64,000 bases of DNA from Candidatus Woesebacteria bacterium (GTDB taxonomy: Bacteria > Patescibacteriota > Microgenomatia > UBA8517), in assembly GCA_013426185.1 (NCBI GenBank), contig CP058602.1:724582-788581 (forward strand), given 5' to 3'. Numbering within the stretch: the first letter of the stretch is position 1; each line of letters starts with the position of its first letter. The translations under genes and the position numbers were made by a program. Of this stretch, positions 60,329 through 64,000 are shown piece by piece. A model generated the notes under the pieces. It worked only from the letters and a program-made list of their open reading frames with translations. It was not told the origin of the DNA and ran no database searches.

Positions 60329-61432
60329 GTGCCAGAAAAGAAAGAAAAAACAAAATCTTCAAAAGAATTGACGATGGCAGATCTTTTGGCTTCAAAGAAG
60401 GTCTTTTTTGGCTTGAAAGTGGGCCAGAAGGTTAAGGGCAAGGTTGTTGAAAAAAGTCCCAAAGCCCTGCTTCTTGATATTGGCGGCAAATCTTTGGGAA
60501 TGGTGACGGGTAAAGCTTTAAGTGAAGCAAAGGATTTTGCTCGCCAGCTTGAAGTTGGGGATGAGGTTGAAGGTTCGGTTCTGATTCCCGAAACTCCTGA
60601 TGGCTATACCATAATTTCTTTAAGAGATTCAGCAAAAACTTTTGTTTGGAATAAAATTGAGAAAATTTATCGCGAGGCAAAAGAGCTTTCTTTGGAAGTC
60701 AAAAATTCAGGCCAATCAGGGGTGACTGTTGAGATTTTGGGCTTAACTGGCTTTGTGCCAATGTCTCATTTGACAAAAGAAACTCTTAAAGATGTAAATA
60801 ATCTTTCCGGCAAAATGCTTCGCCTGAAGATCATTGATTTTGATAAATCTTCAAATCGCTTGATTTTGTCAGAAAAAGCAGTGGTTGAGGCAAAGGAGAT
60901 TGAAGATCAAAAGGAAGCTTTGGCATCTCTTAAAGAAGGCGAAGTTTATGAAGGCGAAGTGACAACAGTTACTGATTTTGGCGCTTTTGTTAAGTTGCCT
61001 GCAAAACTTAAGGGTAAGAAGGTTGAAGTTGAAGGCTTGGTTCATGTTTCTGAAGTAGCTTGGGGTAAATCTATGAAACCATCTGAAGTATTAAAAGAAG
61101 GGGACAAGGTGAAAGTTAAAGTCTTGGAGATTAAAGATGGCAGAATGGCCCTTTCTATTAAGCAAGCAGAGGGTGATCCTTGGGAGAAGGTTGAAAAGAA
61201 ATATAAGCCTGAGATGAAGCTTGAAGGGGAAGTGGTTAAGATATCTGATTTTGGCGCTTTTATTGCTCTTGAGCCTGGAATTGAAGGACTTTTGCATATT
61301 ACCAAGATTCCTCCAACAACAAGACTAAAAGTAGGCGATAAGATTGATGTCTATATTGATGAAATAGACACCAAAGAAAGAAGAATTAGCCTGGGTTTGG
61401 TTCTAACCACAAAGCCTGTAGGATACAAGTAA
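60329..61432 (+). CDS. rpsA: 30S ribosomal protein S1 (four S1 domains); true start may be MADLL at 60374
   Basis: repeated S1-domain blocks GFVPMSHL, GLVHVSEVAW, GLLHITKI with downstream basic stretches. Confidence 0.75.
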   Translation: MPEKKEKTKSSKELTMADLLASKKVFFGLKVGQKVKGKVVEKSPKALLLDIGGKSLGMVTGKALSEAKDFARQLEVGDEVEGSVLIPETPDGYTIISLRDSAKTFVWNKIEKIYREAKELSLEVKNSGQSGVTVEILGLTGFVPMSHLTKETLKDVNNLSGKMLRLKIIDFDKSSNRLILSEKAVVEAKEIEDQKEALASLKEGEVYEGEVTTVTDFGAFVKLPAKLKGKKVEVEGLVHVSEVAWGKSMKPSEVLKEGDKVKVKVLEIKDGRMALSIKQAEGDPWEKVEKKYKPEMKLEGEVVKISDFGAFIALEPGIEGLLHITKIPPTTRLKVGDKIDVYIDEIDTKERRISLGLVLTTKPVGYK

Positions 61433-61900
61433 TAGATAAAAGGCAAGAGGTAAAAGGTAAAAGAAACCCAAGTAGAAAGTAGTAAGTAGTAAGTAGAAAG
61501 CAAAAGATTGTATCTAGTATTTTGTATTATGTATTATGGGAACAATGCATTTTTCTGCATAATACATAATTCATAATACTAAGTTCAGAATTTTTCCCTT
61601 TGTTCTTTTTTCTAACCTAGTAGGTAAAAGGCGAGAGACTTCAGCTATCGGACATCGGCTATCGGATATCAGGCATCAGATGTTAGCTGTCGGATGTCGG
61701 AATTTGGTCGGAGCCATTATCAAGTATCACGAAGCAAGAATCAAGTATTAAGAATAGTTAAAAGAATTCGGGTCTCAGCTATCAGCTGTCAGCTGTCGAC
61801 TTTTGAAATTTGTAATCGTGGTTGTTGGTTTTCGGATCTTTAGATTGGTAATTATTGAATTATAATTTCTAAATTTCCAATTTTTAATCCTATATTTTAT
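61433..61900. repeat. mosaic modular intergenic repeat region including a full copy of the 110-nt inverted-repeat module (61505-61590)
   Basis: ggcaagaggtaaaaggtaaaag, caagtagaaagtagtaagtagtaagtagaaagcaaaag, tatctagtattttgtattatgtattatgGGAACAATGCATTTTTCTGcataatacataattcataatac, cttcagctatcggacatcggctatcggatatcaggcatcag, gaattcgggtctcagctatcagctgtcagctg. Confidence 0.85.
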
Positions 61901-62052
61901 TTAGATCTATAAACTAGTTAAACAACTTTTGAATATTATTAACCGTTATTTTTGAATTCTGAATTTTAAAACTACAGACTTTCGTCCAGTTTATTGCAAA
62001 GTTAACACGCATAATAGCGGACTTGATTTTTCCTATAGTATGTGTTATTATT

Positions 62053-63096
62053 AATTATATGAGCAATACTCCTGAAGTAAGAATTAGCAGAAGGGATTTT
62101 TTAAAATTGATGGGTGTTGGGGCGTGTGCGACGGTTCTTTCTGCTTGCAGTCTTAATCCTAATGAATTACCTATTTCCAGTAGTAACGAGACTTCTGGAA
62201 ATAGCAAGGATTTGCCTCAACCAGAACCAAGTTCTACTCAACAAGTAGATTTGGAAATAACACCAGAGGAAGCTAAGTCATCTATTATACAAGAAGAGAG
62301 CCAAATTGAACCTCTTGGATTAAAATGGTCAAGTGAACCTTTACATTTGGACGGGGAAGGTGATGTTCCCATTCAGTCTTGGTCTTTTAATAGCAGTGAA
62401 ATAAGTAATTTAGTTGCTAACGGAAGAGAAGTGATTGTTCCAGTCTTGCCTCTTACTCCTCAGATTGTAGATACAATGCGAGCATCTGCTCCTTTAATGC
62501 AAACTGCAGTTGAAAGTGGCGCTGTGAATAGTTGGGTATGGCTTTTTCATTGGACTAAACATGCTCAGCAAGCAGGTCTTTCCAGTTACGAGCTGACTAA
62601 ATATTCTCAGTTCTTATCAGAGATAGTTAGAGGCGCTTTAGATGGACAAGACATGATAATCAAAGTTGTGGGTTCTGAAAAATATCCAGATGGGTATATT
62701 TTTATTCGTGAGTTATCAAATGGAAGTAGATTTATGGTCAAACTTTCACCAGATGGTTCACCGATCACTGCTTTTAATACAGCTTTAAAAGATGGTAAGA
62801 TTAGCCCGCAAGAAGCTGCTAGATATTTTTCGAAGTTAAGATTGGTGGGAGAGGAGGTTAAGCCAAATGAAGTTCCTGCCAAAATAAAAGAGCTCTGGCG
62901 GGAAGGACCTCCTCCTATTTGGCGTTTTTGGTGGTGGGCATTGTCTTATCAGGCTAGTGCCCTTGGAAAGACTTTGGTGGAATATTTGAATGGCTTGCCT
63001 AGAGGAATTACTATTCTTGTAGTGCCTGTCTATATGTTTAGTTGTGATAATCCAGCTAATCAAATGTTGCCGGATTGTAACCAGAGGCAACAGTAG
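62053..63096 (+). CDS. Tat-signal lipoprotein, hypothetical
   Basis: SRRDFLKLMGVGACATVLSACS twin-arginine signal followed by a lipobox-like LSAC; start set at MSNTPEV. Confidence 0.45.
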   Translation, partial: NYMSNTPEVRISRRDFLKLMGVGACATVLSACSLNPNELPISSSNETSGNSKDLPQPEPSSTQQVDLEITPEEAKSSIIQEESQIEPLGLKWSSEPLHLDGEGDVPIQSWSFNSSEISNLVANGREVIVPVLPLTPQIVDTMRASAPLMQTAVESGAVNSWVWLFHWTKHAQQAGLSSYELTKYSQFLSEIVRGALDGQDMIIKVVGSEKYPDGYIFIRELSNGSRFMVKLSPDGSPITAFNTALKDGKISPQEAARYFSKLRLVGEEVKPNEVPAKIKELWREGPPPIWRFWWWALSYQASALGKTLVEYLNGLPRGITILVVPVYMFSCDNPANQMLPDCNQRQQ

Positions 63097-63108
63097 ATTT
63101 TTAAAGAT

Positions 63109-63465
63109 ATGATGTCAGAAATAGATTTTGGTACAAGTAAAGATGGCTCTGATTTAGATTCTATTTTGGGTGAGTTTAAGGCTGATGTTGCTTCTAAAGA
63201 ACAACTAGAACCAGGTCAGACAGAGGCTTTAGTTTATGACTTGTTAGGCAAGTTTCTTGGTTGCCAAGAAGGTCGACCAATTTCTATTTTTTCTGAAGAA
63301 GAAAGGAGAGAAGCAGTTAAAAAAGTTTCTGCCGTTGTTGGACAAATCTTAGAAATATACCCGCAGCATAGAAAAAGTTTTGAAGAGTACAATGAAACAC
63401 AGAAAAGATCGGGAAGGCCTGACCTCGTGCTTAAGATATCTAGTGGTAAAGGTAAAGATCGGTAA
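63109..63465 (+). CDS. hypothetical protein
   Basis: ORF only. Confidence 0.3.
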   Translation: MMSEIDFGTSKDGSDLDSILGEFKADVASKEQLEPGQTEALVYDLLGKFLGCQEGRPISIFSEEERREAVKKVSAVVGQILEIYPQHRKSFEEYNETQKRSGRPDLVLKISSGKGKDR

Positions 63466-63720
63466 CATTTTAGTCTACAATTTTAGCTTCGTTGGTTAGT
63501 TATCAGATATCAGGTTTCAGTCCAAGTCAGTTGAAGCTAGCCGGAAGACAGTATCTAGTATTTTGCATTATGTATTATGGGAACAATGCATTTTTCTGCA
63601 TAATACATAATACATAATACTAAATTCAATGTTCCTAATCTGTGTTTGCATTTTGTTTATTGGTGCCGACCTTGCCACCCTACCTTTAAAGGGTTGGTGT
63701 TTATTCTCTAATCTCTAATT
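63466..63720. repeat. modular intergenic repeat region with third full copy of the 110-nt inverted-repeat module (63540-63660)
   Basis: ccggaagacagtatctagtattttgcattatgtattatgGGAACAATGCATTTTTCTGcataatacataatacataatactaaattcaatgttcctaatctgtg, nearly identical to 12676-12790. Confidence 0.85.
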
Positions 63721-64000
63721 CTTTTTTTGAATCTGATCTCTTAGGTTGATATAATATTCCTGCTGCCTTATATTGCTGTCTTGGAAAGGCTTGAACGCAG
63801 AACTTCTGAAATTTTGGACGCTACTGTTTTTTGCTGCGGCGAAGCTTCTGATGATTGGAAGTTTGCTGGCAATGATTCTTTGGTTTACTTGTGGTGGGAG
63901 AAGGTTGTAAAAGTCTATAAGTTGGGTCCCTGGCCACACATGTCCCTTTCTGAACGTTTACACCAGGTTTCTTTATATCAGAGAATTACTAATCTTGCCT

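Overview
This window is AT-rich and gene-dense. I infer it comes from a small-genome Candidate Phyla Radiation (Patescibacteria)-type bacterium. The basis is an rRNA operon carrying intervening sequences and an intron-like insertion with a LAGLIDADG remnant, short proteins, an ATP-dependent DNA ligase, no evident Shine-Dalgarno use, and standard stop codons including TGA.

Content in order:
- A NrdR / class II (B12-dependent) ribonucleotide reductase / PduO-type adenosyltransferase block.
- Two paralogous VirD4/TraD-like P-loop ATPases.
- A tRNA/integrase/intron cluster (7941-10572). It holds a tRNA with anticodon UAU, a tyrosine recombinase, a tRNA(CAU) gene split by a 216-nt Azoarcus-like group I intron, and a free-standing HTH/LAGLIDADG-like ORF followed by a second tRNA(CAU).
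- Housekeeping genes: trpS, ftsH, a 5'-3' exonuclease, mutM, recF, an ATP-dependent DNA ligase, a P-type ATPase, a Ca/Na antiporter, pcm, pth, trxA/trxB, DsbA/DsbB-like pairs, a DedA protein and an RRM protein.
- A GC-richer about 7.2-kb defence island (17783-24981): a Type III-like Mod, an embedded 924-aa PHP-phosphoesterase + ABC/SMC-like ATPase gene (Ppl-like), and a translationally coupled Res.
- A rearranged rRNA locus. The 16S (49481-52392) carries a helix-6 intervening sequence that encodes an Avd-like four-helix-bundle protein, and an 871-nt intron-like insertion with a LAGLIDADG remnant. The 16S is separated from tRNA-Ala, 23S and 5S by an opposite-strand VirD4-like gene and an opposite-strand tRNA-Ile(GAU). 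The 23S (about 4.1 kb) has many expansion hairpins and a roughly 370-nt ORF-less insertion.

The most unusual global feature is a family of mosaic, modular AT-rich repeats. It fills at least 11 intergenic regions of 170-600 bp each. Its modules also recur inside the rRNA intervening sequences, and one module is a long inverted repeat that brackets a four-helix-bundle gene. A tandem array of four 75-nt units whose hairpins vary compensatorily lies upstream of an MGMT-like gene.

All calls come from reading motifs in the ORF translations and the nucleotide sequence. No database searches were run.
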